Source: an uncultured Ignavibacteriaceae bacterium (lineage in GTDB: Bacteria; Bacteroidota; Ignavibacteria; UBA10030). From it: DNA of 64,000 bases. Each line of letters starts with the position of its first letter. Position 1 is the first letter of the stretch. A program made the translations under genes and the position numbers. The notes below the pieces were generated by a model, which ran no database searches, had not been told where the DNA came from, and saw only the letters and a list, made by a program, of their open reading frames with translations. Below are positions 40,006-50,598 of the stretch, in pieces. The DNA is taken from NCBI GenBank assembly GCA_964651225.1, contig CAZYYD010000014.1:798-64797 (forward strand), read 5' to 3'.

Positions 40006-40620
40006 ATGATTGCACAAACACCTTTGCGAGTCCTGATCGCTGAGGATCAGGATATAATCGCCTTAGCCATCAGACGCCAGTTGGAAAAGATAGGACATGA
40101 AGTGGTTGGGAGAGCGCATGATGGAAAAGAGGCGGTTCAGATGACAGAATTTCACCATCCGGATGTTGTACTGATGGATATTGGGATGCCGGAGATGGAT
40201 GGATTGGAAGCAACTCGCGTGATTCATGAAAAAATCCCCACGCCGGTTGTTCTCCTGACGGGATTTGACGACCCGAAATTGATTAAGCAGGCCAGCGTTG
40301 CGGGAGCCTGTGCATATTTGCTCAAACCTACGAGCGGGAAAGAAATGGAACGAACGATGATCTTCGCGGTAGCTCGCTTTGGCGATCTCATGGAGTTACG
40401 TCGGTTGAATTCCGAACTGAAGGTAGCGATGGATAATGTAAAAATGCTGAGCGGATTACTTCCTATATGTGCAAAATGTAAAAAGATCAGAAACGACAAG
40501 GGCTACTGGGAAGCCGTTGAAGATTATATCATGGATCACTCAGAAGCACATTTGTCACACAGCGTCTGTCCTGAATGCCTTAGTAGTTTATATCCAGAAT
40601 TCAAACCAAAGACTCCTTGA
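40006..40620 (+). CDS. response regulator (REC + coiled coil + Cys-rich tail)
   Basis: VLIAEDQ, DVVLMDIGMPEMDG, LLTG, YLLKP; tail LLPICAKCKKIR...YW...SHSVCPEC. Confidence 0.88.
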   Translation: MIAQTPLRVLIAEDQDIIALAIRRQLEKIGHEVVGRAHDGKEAVQMTEFHHPDVVLMDIGMPEMDGLEATRVIHEKIPTPVVLLTGFDDPKLIKQASVAGACAYLLKPTSGKEMERTMIFAVARFGDLMELRRLNSELKVAMDNVKMLSGLLPICAKCKKIRNDKGYWEAVEDYIMDHSEAHLSHSVCPECLSSLYPEFKPKTP

Positions 40621-40760
40621 GCCGGCATGTGTGATGACCTATCAGAACGAACATACCTTGGATGATGGTCTCCTAGTTCGAACGAATGTGGAAATTTTGG
40701 GCGGTTCATGGTGTGAGCCTCCTCCCAGGTTAGAAAAATACTGCTTGTAAAGTACCCTCC

Positions 40761-41987
40761 ATGTCGAAAAAGAGCCGCCACCGTATACACCCAAAACTCA
40801 CCAACGATAAAGGTACGATACAACGGAACCGTAGTCTTGGAATAGGAATTGCTCTTGTCCTTATAATGTCCATTATCCTTTTCTTCTGGATCAGAAATGG
40901 AAAGAAAGAACCGGCGGTAACTGTCCAGGAAAAAGCATTGCCGCCTCCAACAACCTCTGAATTACTCCGGACGACTATCCAGCGTGCCTATGCCATCGAT
41001 AACCTGTTTCACCGGATCATCAATCCGGAGTGGGAAGGGGCGAATGGAGCAATTGGAGACGCTCATCTCTATGCAGCAACGGGTGATGCGAGTCTGCTTC
41101 AATTCTATTCAAATACATCCAAGCTTCTCAATATGCATAATGGAACGTGGGTAGACGACCGGGCATGGGTATGTCTCGCAGAAATGTATTGGTGGGACGT
41201 GACCGGTCGGAATGGGTCGGAATGGGTAGATGACGCCAGGAGACGATATCTGGAGGCGAAACGAGAAGGGCGCATGTCCAAACACGAAGGATTTTGGAGC
41301 TGGTATAATTACCCGCCGAGGATGAGTAAAGAAATCAATATTTTCACCAACACTAATATGAACCAGATGGCCACGGTGGCCTGCTGGCTTTATCAAGCGA
41401 CACAGGACAAGCAATTTCTGAACGATGCACTGCTTGTATGGGAAGGTGATGCAACAACACCCGGTGTTGAAAAACAATTCTATCGCGGTAACGGGATCTG
41501 GAAAGGGAAAGAAGGGCAGGCTGCCTTTGGAAAACAATTTCCTTGGGAAGGAACCGGTATGTGCACCATCGGTGCGGCCCTGTACCGTGTGACAGGGAAG
41601 GAAAAATATCGAGACATCGTCATCGCGACCGCAAAACGCATTATGGATCCTTCCACAGGGTGGGTAGATCCGGTCGATTTCTATCAACTCCGGATGGATG
41701 GAAACGGCGCCTTTGTTCTTTTTATTCTTGACGCATACCAGATCGCCCCGTCAGAACTCGCAGATATTCCGGGAAAGGTGCAGAAGATGCTGGAACACGT
41801 CTGGTCCAATAATCATGAGAAATCACTGATCACGCTTCACCGTCCGATCGATAACGGGATTCGCAACGGATGGAATCCTCGCGGAGGTGAGGATGGATAT
41901 AAAGTGAATGAAGTGGGTACGGTTCATCCGCAATCACAGGCGGTCCTGGCCTTCGGGGTCTTTGCCTCTATTCTTAAAAGAAATTGA
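40761..41987 (+). CDS. membrane-anchored GH76-like glycoside hydrolase
   Basis: N-terminal TM; WVDDRAWVCLA resembles the GH76 catalytic DD motif; helical repeats (LYQATQDKQFL, LYRVTGKEKY). Confidence 0.65.
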   Translation: MSKKSRHRIHPKLTNDKGTIQRNRSLGIGIALVLIMSIILFFWIRNGKKEPAVTVQEKALPPPTTSELLRTTIQRAYAIDNLFHRIINPEWEGANGAIGDAHLYAATGDASLLQFYSNTSKLLNMHNGTWVDDRAWVCLAEMYWWDVTGRNGSEWVDDARRRYLEAKREGRMSKHEGFWSWYNYPPRMSKEINIFTNTNMNQMATVACWLYQATQDKQFLNDALLVWEGDATTPGVEKQFYRGNGIWKGKEGQAAFGKQFPWEGTGMCTIGAALYRVTGKEKYRDIVIATAKRIMDPSTGWVDPVDFYQLRMDGNGAFVLFILDAYQIAPSELADIPGKVQKMLEHVWSNNHEKSLITLHRPIDNGIRNGWNPRGGEDGYKVNEVGTVHPQSQAVLAFGVFASILKRN

Positions 41988-42248
41988 ACGACATATGACG
42001 TTTTTCGTGATGCTTTTCCATCAAAAATACTCAAAGATAATATCACCTGTGATGATTTCCTTAAAAGGAATTCCGAAATTGACATCGCAGGTTTCTAGCT
42101 ATTTCACTTACAGAAAGGATCCTTACCGATGAGAAAACTGTTCAATGCTGTTGTACTTACCTCTTGCTTCTGTGCCGGTCTTTTTGCGCAGGAGAAGGCC
42201 TCGGGAGCTGGTTCAAAGAGCATGGCAGAGAGTTATGATCAATGAGGA

Positions 42249-42584
42249 TTGATGATGGATCATGAGAAGAAATTTAGGTCGCTAGAAGACCTCGCCGAAC
42301 TATCCCCTCAGAACCCGGACTTGAACATTCCTGCTCCGCATCAGCATGATGGAAAAGGGAAAAGGATCCGGGTGATATTGGATACTCATGGAAGAAAAGG
42401 GAAAAACGTCACCGTTGTCATTGGTCTGCAGCATAATCTAGCGACGATGGAAGATATCGCCCAGATTCTAAAACAGCATTGCGGGGCCGGAGGAACAGTG
42501 AAAGAAGGGAAGATCGAGATCCAGGGAGACCAGCGTGAGCGTATTGCAGAGGAACTCAAGACCATGAATTATTTGGTAAAATAA
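42249..42584 (+). CDS. yciH: SUI1/YciH translation initiation factor homolog
   Basis: GRKGKNVTVV, LKQHCGAGGTVK, IEIQGDQR. Confidence 0.9.
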   Translation: MMMDHEKKFRSLEDLAELSPQNPDLNIPAPHQHDGKGKRIRVILDTHGRKGKNVTVVIGLQHNLATMEDIAQILKQHCGAGGTVKEGKIEIQGDQRERIAEELKTMNYLVK

Positions 42585-42810
42585 TTATCCTTCAGGATTC
42601 ACTGTAAAAGCTGAACGAAGAGCTTGCCTTAGCTCTCCCTTTCCATGGAATTTTCTTGCAAACTAGGGTAAGAGAAACAAGGAACCATACCCTGAGAGGG
42701 TGTGAATACTCCTCCTGGGATGAGAGTTGAAAGAAAGGTGCATTTATGCGTTCATTCTTTTATGATTTCTTCTTATCATGGTAATGTACATAATGTAAAA
42801 TTAAGGGCAG

Positions 42811-45729
42811 ATGTCTACTATGAAAAATAATCTTGTTCGTCGCGTCATTGGCGCATTCGTTCTTCTTATTTCATCGATCCAATTTATCATTACTGCGCAG
42901 GTTTCCGTCCCCTTTTGGGACCCGGGTGAGCTGTCCGCGGCTGCATACCTGCTTCAAGTTCCGCATCCGCCGGGCGGTCCACTGTTTTCGCTTGTTGGGA
43001 GGATCTTCTATATGCTCCCGGTTCCCGGTGATATCGGTTATCGGATGAATCTTCTGTCAGGGCTTGCAAGCGCCTTTACGGTTCTGTTCTTATATCTCGT
43101 GATCGTCAAAGTTATCGAGAATTTCAAAGGAAAGCAGGCCGGAATTACACTCGATGGAATCGGTACGTATCTTGCCGGTGCGATAGGAGCACTCACCCTT
43201 TCCTTCAGCGATACGTTTTGGTTCAATGGGGGAGAAGCGAACTATTTTGCAGCGAGTATGGTGTTGTATTCTTCTGTCGTGTGGCTGATGATGGTGTGGA
43301 ATGAAAAAGCGGACGAACCCGGAAGCGAGCGCTATCTTCTCCTTATTGCGTACATCGCCGGTTTATCTGCCGGACTTCACCTGATGAGTGTTCTCACGAT
43401 ATTGATTGTTGGAGTCGCGGTTATTCTGAGAAAATATGTGAACAGCGATAAAGAATTATTGGAGTCCACATATGTGCTTCTCGGACATGCTGTTCTTTTA
43501 TTCGTGATTGCAGCAATTCTCTGGAGCGGGGAAAAAGCAACCCAGCCGCCGACGCAGGAAGCAATCCGTGCCTTTGAGACCAAATTCATTACAGCGATGA
43601 TCATTGCAAGTATTGCTGTAATTGCTGTCTTTAGGAAAAAAGTGATACAGCGTAATTCCTATTATTTGGCTCTTCTCGTTGGAGGTATAGCTTTCGGGGT
43701 TATTTTTCCGGGAATCATCAGATACCTACCTTCCCTGTTGCTGGCGATCGCCGGTGATCATCTGGAGGCGGGACTTCTCGTTCTTTTGGGTGTCGTTGCT
43801 GCCGGAGGGGCCGGTGTCTACTGGGCCGCGAAGCAGCGTCAGATAGTATTAGCATTGTCAATCACGGGAACACTTATCGCGATACTCGGCTTTACGACGT
43901 ATACCATGATCGTCATTCGCGCAAATAAAAACCTTCCGATGAACGAAAATCATCCAAAGTCGTTTGCCACACTGGTGACGTATTTGAATCGTGAACAATA
44001 CGGCGATTTCCCTATGTTCAAACGCCGGTGGTCATCAGAGCCGGAAAAAGCAGCAATCTACACAAGCTATTCGAGTGATCTTGATTTCTTCTTACGCTAT
44101 CAGATGGATCATATGTTCCAACGGTATGTGGCATGGAACTTTATCGGCCGGATATCTCATGATCAGGATGCTGGTGTCGATTGGAGGGGATTTTTTGGTA
44201 TCCCGTTCTTCCTTGGATTCTTCGGCCTGTACACGCATATTCGAAAAGACTGGAAAATGGCTTCCGTCTTTCTCCTGGCGTTTATCTTAATGGGATATCT
44301 GATTACGTATTATCAAAATCAGCAGCAGCCCCAGCCTCGGGACCGTGAGTATTTTTATTGCGGTGCTTATTTTGTTTTTGCGCTATGGATTGCCCTTGGT
44401 GTCAGGGGACTGCTCGATCTCGTGCAGGAAAAAATTGGCCGACCTGCGTATGTGAAACCTGCATTCTTCGGAGTGCTGTTCTTGTGCACCCTGGCGATAC
44501 CGGTACGCATGGCGCAGCTCAACTACTTTACGCACGATCGATCGAAGAACTGGGTACCATGGGATTTTGCGTATAACCTTCTTCAGACATGCGAACAGGA
44601 CGCTATTCTTTTTACTCAAGGCGATAATGATACATTCCCGCTGTGGTATATGCAGGATGTTGAAGGTGTTCGGCGGGATGTGCGAATCGTGAATTTAAGC
44701 CTGGTGAATACACCTTGGTATATTTTGCAGATGAAAAATACACCGGCGTATCCTGAAGCGAAAGCGGTTCCTATGAACATGCCGGATGCATATGTCAACG
44801 ACATCCAGCCGATTGCCTGGGAACCCAAGAATGTTGAGCTCCCGGTCTCAAAAGAGGTTGCTCAGCACTATCGTGAGCTAAAAGGAGTTACTCTGGATAC
44901 GTCGATTACGAATCACGACAAGATTACTTTCTTTCTCCGCAATACACTGCAATTCGGTCAGACGAAAGCTCTTCGAGTGCAGGATATTGCCGTGTACGAT
45001 ATAGTTCTGGCCAATGAATGGAAACGTCCGGTGTATTTTGCTTCCACATGTTCGCCGGATGCAAAAATCGGACTCGATGAATATATGTGGTTTAAAGGGT
45101 TGGCATGGAAGCTTGAGCCGATGAAAGGATCGCAAGTGAACTATGGCATCGATGCCGAGACACTCGCAAAGAATCTGATGTATGAACCATCGGATTTTTC
45201 AAAGACGCAACAATATGGGTATAAATTCAGGGAACTTGCAAATCCGAAAGTGTTCTTTGATGAAAACACTGTGCGCATCATTTCAAACTATCGGTCATCG
45301 TTCAGGGCATTAGCAGCGTACTATAAAGATGCCACGAAAGATCCAAAGAAAGCGATGGAAGTGTTAGAGAGAATGGAAACTCTCATGCCGAACAGCAAGA
45401 TACCGCTTGGATGGCAATATGCTGCCGAGATGGCCAATTTCTATCGCAGCCTTGGGCGTTTGGACAAGGTGAAGGAAATGGCAGAGGAGATTGAGCCTGC
45501 ATGTTCTGCACTTATCGAGCGTGGCGAGGTAGATATGAATTCCTATTATAATCCATATCGGGCACTGCTCGATCTCTACGATGCGACAAATGAATACGAT
45601 AAATCACTCGTGATTCTTCGGAAGCTCAGTGTTATGTATCCGTCAGATCCCGGTATCAAGCAAAGAATTCTGATGATGGAGCAGATGAGCAGGCAAGCAG
45701 CTGAAGCAGCACCTGAAAAAGGAAAGTAA
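42811..45729 (+). CDS. DUF2723 polytopic membrane protein (TMEM260-like GT-C)
   Basis: FWDPGE, QVPHPPGGP, FSDTFWFN, YLNREQYG, RDREYFY, LFTQGDNDTFPLWY. Confidence 0.88.
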   Translation: MSTMKNNLVRRVIGAFVLLISSIQFIITAQVSVPFWDPGELSAAAYLLQVPHPPGGPLFSLVGRIFYMLPVPGDIGYRMNLLSGLASAFTVLFLYLVIVKVIENFKGKQAGITLDGIGTYLAGAIGALTLSFSDTFWFNGGEANYFAASMVLYSSVVWLMMVWNEKADEPGSERYLLLIAYIAGLSAGLHLMSVLTILIVGVAVILRKYVNSDKELLESTYVLLGHAVLLFVIAAILWSGEKATQPPTQEAIRAFETKFITAMIIASIAVIAVFRKKVIQRNSYYLALLVGGIAFGVIFPGIIRYLPSLLLAIAGDHLEAGLLVLLGVVAAGGAGVYWAAKQRQIVLALSITGTLIAILGFTTYTMIVIRANKNLPMNENHPKSFATLVTYLNREQYGDFPMFKRRWSSEPEKAAIYTSYSSDLDFFLRYQMDHMFQRYVAWNFIGRISHDQDAGVDWRGFFGIPFFLGFFGLYTHIRKDWKMASVFLLAFILMGYLITYYQNQQQPQPRDREYFYCGAYFVFALWIALGVRGLLDLVQEKIGRPAYVKPAFFGVLFLCTLAIPVRMAQLNYFTHDRSKNWVPWDFAYNLLQTCEQDAILFTQGDNDTFPLWYMQDVEGVRRDVRIVNLSLVNTPWYILQMKNTPAYPEAKAVPMNMPDAYVNDIQPIAWEPKNVELPVSKEVAQHYRELKGVTLDTSITNHDKITFFLRNTLQFGQTKALRVQDIAVYDIVLANEWKRPVYFASTCSPDAKIGLDEYMWFKGLAWKLEPMKGSQVNYGIDAETLAKNLMYEPSDFSKTQQYGYKFRELANPKVFFDENTVRIISNYRSSFRALAAYYKDATKDPKKAMEVLERMETLMPNSKIPLGWQYAAEMANFYRSLGRLDKVKEMAEEIEPACSALIERGEVDMNSYYNPYRALLDLYDATNEYDKSLVILRKLSVMYPSDPGIKQRILMMEQMSRQAAEAAPEKGK

Positions 45730-45740
45730 TTCAAGGCTCT

Positions 45741-46919
45741 ATGCCGCGGGATGTACATATTGTTGTCAACAAGCACACACCCTTTGTGGTGCAGGCATTT
45801 GAACGGATAGGACGTGTCTCTGCTCTGGACACTCGAGAGATCACTAGAGAAACGGTCAAAGATGCGGATATTCTGATCGTTCGTTCTGAAACAAAAGTCG
45901 ATAAAAATCTTCTCGAAGGGAGCCGAATCAGATTTGTCGGAACCGTGACGATCGGTACTGACCATGTTGACACGGAGTATCTTTCACAGCAGGGGATTAC
46001 TTTCGTAAGTGCTCCTGGGAGCAATTCGAATTCTGTCGCGGAATACATGACGGCCGCCTTGCTGCAATTAGCCATCGTAAAAGGCTTTTCCTTAAGCGGA
46101 AAAACTCTGGGCATTGTCGGAGTAGGTAATGTTGGGAGCGAAGTCTGGCAGAAGGCGAAAGCTCTTGGCATGCATGTTCTCTTGAATGATCCACCGCTTC
46201 AGCGGCAGGGAAGCAAGTATCCGTTGTATTTGTTGGATGAGCTGATGAATGCCGACATTCTCACTGTACATGTTCCCTTAACCCGTTCCGGTCCGGATGC
46301 GACGTATCATCTGTTCGATGAAACCTGGTTACGGAAATTGAAACGCGGATCGATTTTCTTCAATACTTCGCGCGGGAGTGTGATGGAGACTGAAGGATTG
46401 AAACGAGTACTATGTGACAAGCATCTCTCAGCTGCAGTGCTCGATGTCTGGGAAGGTGAGCCGAAGATAGATCTATCTCTCCTTGAACTTGTTTTTCTGG
46501 GCACACCGCACATCGCCGGTTATTCTTTGGATGGAAAAGTGAACGCTCTGCGGATGAACTACGAAGCGGTCTGCCATTTCCTGAACATACCTGTGAATTA
46601 CGATATCACAGATCTTATTCCATCTCCTCATGTGCCCATGCTTAAAATCGATTCGAAAGAGATCGGTATTGAGCAGACACTGGAAAGTATCGTGAAGCAA
46701 TGTTACGATATCCGAATGGATGATAGAAATCTGCGTCAAATAGAAATGCTTCCGGACTCCGATCGTGGCAGGTATTTCTCACAGCTTCGTGCGGAATACA
46801 GAATCAGGCGTGAATTCTCAAATTCAACGGTCGTTGTACCCGGGAAAGAAAAAACTATTTCCGTGATGCTTCGTCTCCTTGGATTTCAAGTGAAGAATGA
46901 GGACAGATTTCATGGCTGA
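45741..46919 (+). CDS. pdxB: 4-phosphoerythronate dehydrogenase
   Basis: [54 protein letters not shown]-terminal F..LR..Y..RRE. Confidence 0.88.
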   Translation: MPRDVHIVVNKHTPFVVQAFERIGRVSALDTREITRETVKDADILIVRSETKVDKNLLEGSRIRFVGTVTIGTDHVDTEYLSQQGITFVSAPGSNSNSVAEYMTAALLQLAIVKGFSLSGKTLGIVGVGNVGSEVWQKAKALGMHVLLNDPPLQRQGSKYPLYLLDELMNADILTVHVPLTRSGPDATYHLFDETWLRKLKRGSIFFNTSRGSVMETEGLKRVLCDKHLSAAVLDVWEGEPKIDLSLLELVFLGTPHIAGYSLDGKVNALRMNYEAVCHFLNIPVNYDITDLIPSPHVPMLKIDSKEIGIEQTLESIVKQCYDIRMDDRNLRQIEMLPDSDRGRYFSQLRAEYRIRREFSNSTVVVPGKEKTISVMLRLLGFQVKNEDRFHG

Positions 46920-47382
46920 AACTTTGCGTGCAAAAATTTTGAGAATCAATCCGGGAAAAACGGATATTCCTCTGCCGGGTTATACGACTGCAGGATCCGC
47001 AGGAATGGATGTTTGTGCAGCGGTCGAAAATGATATCGAACTTCAAGCAGGAGAAACCTCCTTGATTCCGACAGGGTTTATTCTTGAATTGCCGGAGGGC
47101 CATGAAGCGCAGATTCGTCCGCGAAGCGGTCTTGCTATCAAACATAATATCGGAATTATGAATTCTCCAGGGACTATCGATTCTGATTACCGTGGTGAAG
47201 TCAAAATCATCCTGACAAATTTTGGAACGAAGCCATTTGTCATTCATCGCGGTGATCGCATTGCTCAAATGATCGTGACAAAATATGAGCGTGTACAGTG
47301 GGAAGAAACTTCGTCGCTTGCTGATTCAAAGCGCGGCGAAGGAGGCTTTGGGCATACAGGAATCGGTTCGAAGGGGAGATAA
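46912..47382 (+). CDS. dut: dUTP diphosphatase
   Basis: [37 protein letters not shown]. Confidence 0.97.
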   Translation: MAETLRAKILRINPGKTDIPLPGYTTAGSAGMDVCAAVENDIELQAGETSLIPTGFILELPEGHEAQIRPRSGLAIKHNIGIMNSPGTIDSDYRGEVKIILTNFGTKPFVIHRGDRIAQMIVTKYERVQWEETSSLADSKRGEGGFGHTGIGSKGR

Positions 47383-47386
47383 TACT

Positions 47387-48703
47387 ATGGCCAAACATCA
47401 GACGACTAAAAGAACATCAAAATCGCACTCTCCGCAAGGTGAGACCCCGCAGGAGTTCCGCTGGGATTCACTCTTTTCATCGCTTGGCAGAATAGAGATC
47501 GTTCTTCTTACTGGTGGTGTGCTTCTTCTGTTTGTACTGATTTATACGATTCATTCGATCCTGTCTCCGTTTCTAGCGCTGGGTGCACTTCTTTTTCTTT
47601 TGTTTCCTCTTCGCCGGTACGTGCTGGCACGTAATCTCATGTGGCTGGCCATTGCACTGTTTTCCCTCTGGTTCTTGGATGCCATCTCAACGATCCTTGT
47701 TCCTTTTATTGTTTCACTGGTCTTTGCCTATATGCTCAACCCGATTGTGGATCTGTTCCAGCGGTGGAAAATTCCGCGATGGGTAAGTTCCCTGGTGCTT
47801 ATTCTGCTGTTTATTACAGGTATTACGCTGATCATATTTTTTGTGCTTCCGATCGCGTTGACGCAATTTGAAGGTGTGCTGGACGCACTTGCAAAGCTGA
47901 CGAACGAATATAGCGACGGTCTCTGGAATAGCAAATTAATTACGATTCTGGAGCGCTATGGGATTTCCGCAAATGAACTTCGTAACACATTTGCGAGCCA
48001 GTTGACACCGCGGTTTGAAGACCTCCTCAAAGCTATGCTGAAAGCATTGGGGACACTGATGAGCGGAATTTCTGGTTTTATTACTCAGATCTTCTATATC
48101 GTTCTTATACCGTTCCTGACCTTCTATTTTCTGACCGATTTTCCGAAGATCGGCCATCGGTTCCTCCTGCTCTTCCCACGGCGGACGAGAGATCAAGTTG
48201 AAGATTACGTGGGGCGTGCCGATGATTTAATCGGACATTATTTACGCGGAGCTTTGATCGTAGCGTTAGTAGAAGGAATTATTGTTGCTGTTTTATTTGC
48301 TATCGTCGGTATTAAATACGCATTGTTGTTGGGACTCCTCGCCGGTATTTTCGATCTTATACCATACTTCGGCCTCTTTGCTATCATGGCACTCTCGGCG
48401 ATTGTTGCGCTTGTCAGTGAGCCGCCTGTTCTCATGAAGCTGGCGATCGCTGTCACCACCATTGGTGTTCTTCATATGGCAGAGGTCACATTTCTTTCAC
48501 CGAAAATTATCGGCAGTAAAGTCGGGTTGCATCCATTGTTAATCATTCTTTCTCTGCTCATCTTTATGTATTTCATCGGTATTGTCGGGCTGCTCATTGC
48601 TGTTCCAACTACCGCACTGATCATCCTTTTCGTCCGGGATTGGGAGACACGAAAACGCGGTATTGTTCCACCGTCTGAGTCTTCCCGGCAGGAAGAGGTA
48701 TGA
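47387..48703 (+). CDS. AI-2E family transporter
   Basis: PFIVSLVFAYMLNP, LIPYFG, PKIIGSKVGLHP, GLLIAVP. Confidence 0.9.
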   Translation: MAKHQTTKRTSKSHSPQGETPQEFRWDSLFSSLGRIEIVLLTGGVLLLFVLIYTIHSILSPFLALGALLFLLFPLRRYVLARNLMWLAIALFSLWFLDAISTILVPFIVSLVFAYMLNPIVDLFQRWKIPRWVSSLVLILLFITGITLIIFFVLPIALTQFEGVLDALAKLTNEYSDGLWNSKLITILERYGISANELRNTFASQLTPRFEDLLKAMLKALGTLMSGISGFITQIFYIVLIPFLTFYFLTDFPKIGHRFLLLFPRRTRDQVEDYVGRADDLIGHYLRGALIVALVEGIIVAVLFAIVGIKYALLLGLLAGIFDLIPYFGLFAIMALSAIVALVSEPPVLMKLAIAVTTIGVLHMAEVTFLSPKIIGSKVGLHPLLIILSLLIFMYFIGIVGLLIAVPTTALIILFVRDWETRKRGIVPPSESSRQEEV

Positions 48704-49374
48704 GCGGCATTCTCTATCTCGTAGCGATTCCCATCGGCAACTACGAAGACATCACTTTCCGTGCCCTCAATGTGCTCAAGTCTGTAGATATTGTTGTCTG
48801 TGAGGAACGTAGCGAAGGATTGCGCTTTCTCCGTCATTACGGAATTGAAAAGCAAGTCGAGACCCTTAACGAGCACAACGAAGCTGCTGCAGCGAGTGTC
48901 ATCATGGACCGGTTAAGGGGAGGAGAATCGGCTGCGCTCATTTCTGATGCCGGCACACCAGTATTCTCCGATCCGGGGCGGGTGTTGGTAGAGAAGGCGA
49001 TCCATCACCATACTAAAATAGTTCCTGTTCCGGGCGCTTCATCCCTTCTCCCGGCACTTATCGTTTCAGGATTTCCTATCAAAGAATTTGTCTTTGCAGG
49101 ATTTCTCTCACCCAAACGCGAGCGCCGTCTCACCGAATTGCGGAACCTGAAAAAAGAACAACGCACAATTGTATTCATGGATACACCATATCGTCTTGTA
49201 CAACTCCTGAGAGATATGGCTGATGTGTTTAACGAGACAAGACGTGTCTGCATCGCGTTTGATTTGACATTGCCTTCAGAAGAAATCTACCATGGCACGC
49301 CCCCGAAATTATATCAGCAGTTTCTCAAAGAGGGAACAAAAGGAGAGTTTGTAGTTGTCCTGGAAGGCAAATAG
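48700..49374 (+). CDS. rsmI: 16S rRNA C1402 2'-O-methyltransferase
   Basis: LYLVAIPIGNYEDIT, ISDAGTPVFSDPG, VPGAS, KGEFV. Confidence 0.92.
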   Translation: MSGILYLVAIPIGNYEDITFRALNVLKSVDIVVCEERSEGLRFLRHYGIEKQVETLNEHNEAAAASVIMDRLRGGESAALISDAGTPVFSDPGRVLVEKAIHHHTKIVPVPGASSLLPALIVSGFPIKEFVFAGFLSPKRERRLTELRNLKKEQRTIVFMDTPYRLVQLLRDMADVFNETRRVCIAFDLTLPSEEIYHGTPPKLYQQFLKEGTKGEFVVVLEGK

Positions 49375-49453
49375 GAAAGACGGCAGATTGATGTATTCTC
49401 AAATACGATCGAAATGGATCGATTTTCTTTTTCATTAGAAGGGGGCATAGACT

Positions 49454-50284
49454 ATGATATCCCAGTCCTGTTGTTCATTGCTCATGAATGCTACGATACT
49501 TTCATTGATTGTTTCTATATTCGAAGGATGCGCAACAAGCAGCAGCAGTAGAATACACTCCCTGATACATCCCACTATACAACGTACAGGTCTGTATCAA
49601 GAATCAGCGAACATTCACATTGATACTACTAAAAATATTTTTCAGTCGGTACAGATAAACTATTTGCTCTACCTACCCGAATCATACGGGAAAGATCCGG
49701 CGAAGAAATGGCCAGTAATACTGTTCCTTCACGGAATGGGAGAGCGGGGAAATAATTTAGAACTTCTAAAAATTCAGCCTTTACCCAAAACCCTCGACCT
49801 GCAAAAGGATTTTCCTTCCATTGTCATCTCTCCGCAGCTACCTCTTGATAAGAGACTTTGGGATGACTTGATTGATCCATTAAAAGAATTATTGGATCAG
49901 GTTCGTTCGCATTATACCGTGGATCAACAACGTGTGTATGTCACCGGACTGAGTATGGGAGGGGCAGGGACATGGAATTTCATACTCAGGTATCCTCAGT
50001 ACTTTGCCGCAGCTGTTCCCATTGCAGGCGCCTACAAATTTCGCAGCAAGGAAATTCCGGAAAATATCTGTGACATTAAAAATCTTCCCGTATGGGCTTT
50101 CCATGGTGCAAAAGACAAGAGTGTAGAGGCCTGGCAGACTGAAATTCTTGTTGATACATTAAAAGCCTGCGGTAGCACGCTTCGGTTTACACTCTATCCA
50201 GAAGCCGATCACGTGCAATCTTGGATTCTTGCTTATGCAGATCCGGAACTATATACGTGGCTCTTTAGCCAGACTTTGAAATAG
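49454..50284 (+). CDS. alpha/beta hydrolase (carboxylesterase/phospholipase-like)
   Basis: PVILFLHGMGERG, YVTGLSMGG, WAFHGAKD, DH. Confidence 0.88.
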   Translation: MISQSCCSLLMNATILSLIVSIFEGCATSSSSRIHSLIHPTIQRTGLYQESANIHIDTTKNIFQSVQINYLLYLPESYGKDPAKKWPVILFLHGMGERGNNLELLKIQPLPKTLDLQKDFPSIVISPQLPLDKRLWDDLIDPLKELLDQVRSHYTVDQQRVYVTGLSMGGAGTWNFILRYPQYFAAAVPIAGAYKFRSKEIPENICDIKNLPVWAFHGAKDKSVEAWQTEILVDTLKACGSTLRFTLYPEADHVQSWILAYADPELYTWLFSQTLK

Positions 50285-50598
50285 TGAGGAGGTTTAACCT
50301 TCCTGGACAAGAATTCCTTTCAACGGATGGATTTCTTTCTTTACTCAGCGCGAAATAGATATTCGCACTTTTATTCCCGTCCCTGCGAACACCACTCCGA
50401 CAACGGCAGAAGAATTTGCACAGGTCTTTAAAGCGGTTTACGAACAGAGCTAAGCGTTACCGAAAAGATTTGTATTGAAGTTCGAAGAAGATAAACCTGC
50501 CAAAGTTGCATGCGTTGAAGCTTACGGGACTTTGACGAGGCCTTAAAAAGGACCTTTCCGACCGCTTACAGTGGTTGGAAAGGTGAAGATAAGAGGGT

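Noticed and set aside
42243-42245. Selenocysteine readthrough joining the signal-peptide ORF to yciH
   Set aside because: No SECIS-like hairpin evident, and YciH is cytoplasmic so a signal peptide makes no sense.
50298-50453. Protein-like open frame (…GWISFFTQREIDIRTFIPVPANTTPTTAEEFAQVFKAVYEQS*)
   Set aside because: No start codon and no family recognised; may be a gene remnant but cannot be supported.
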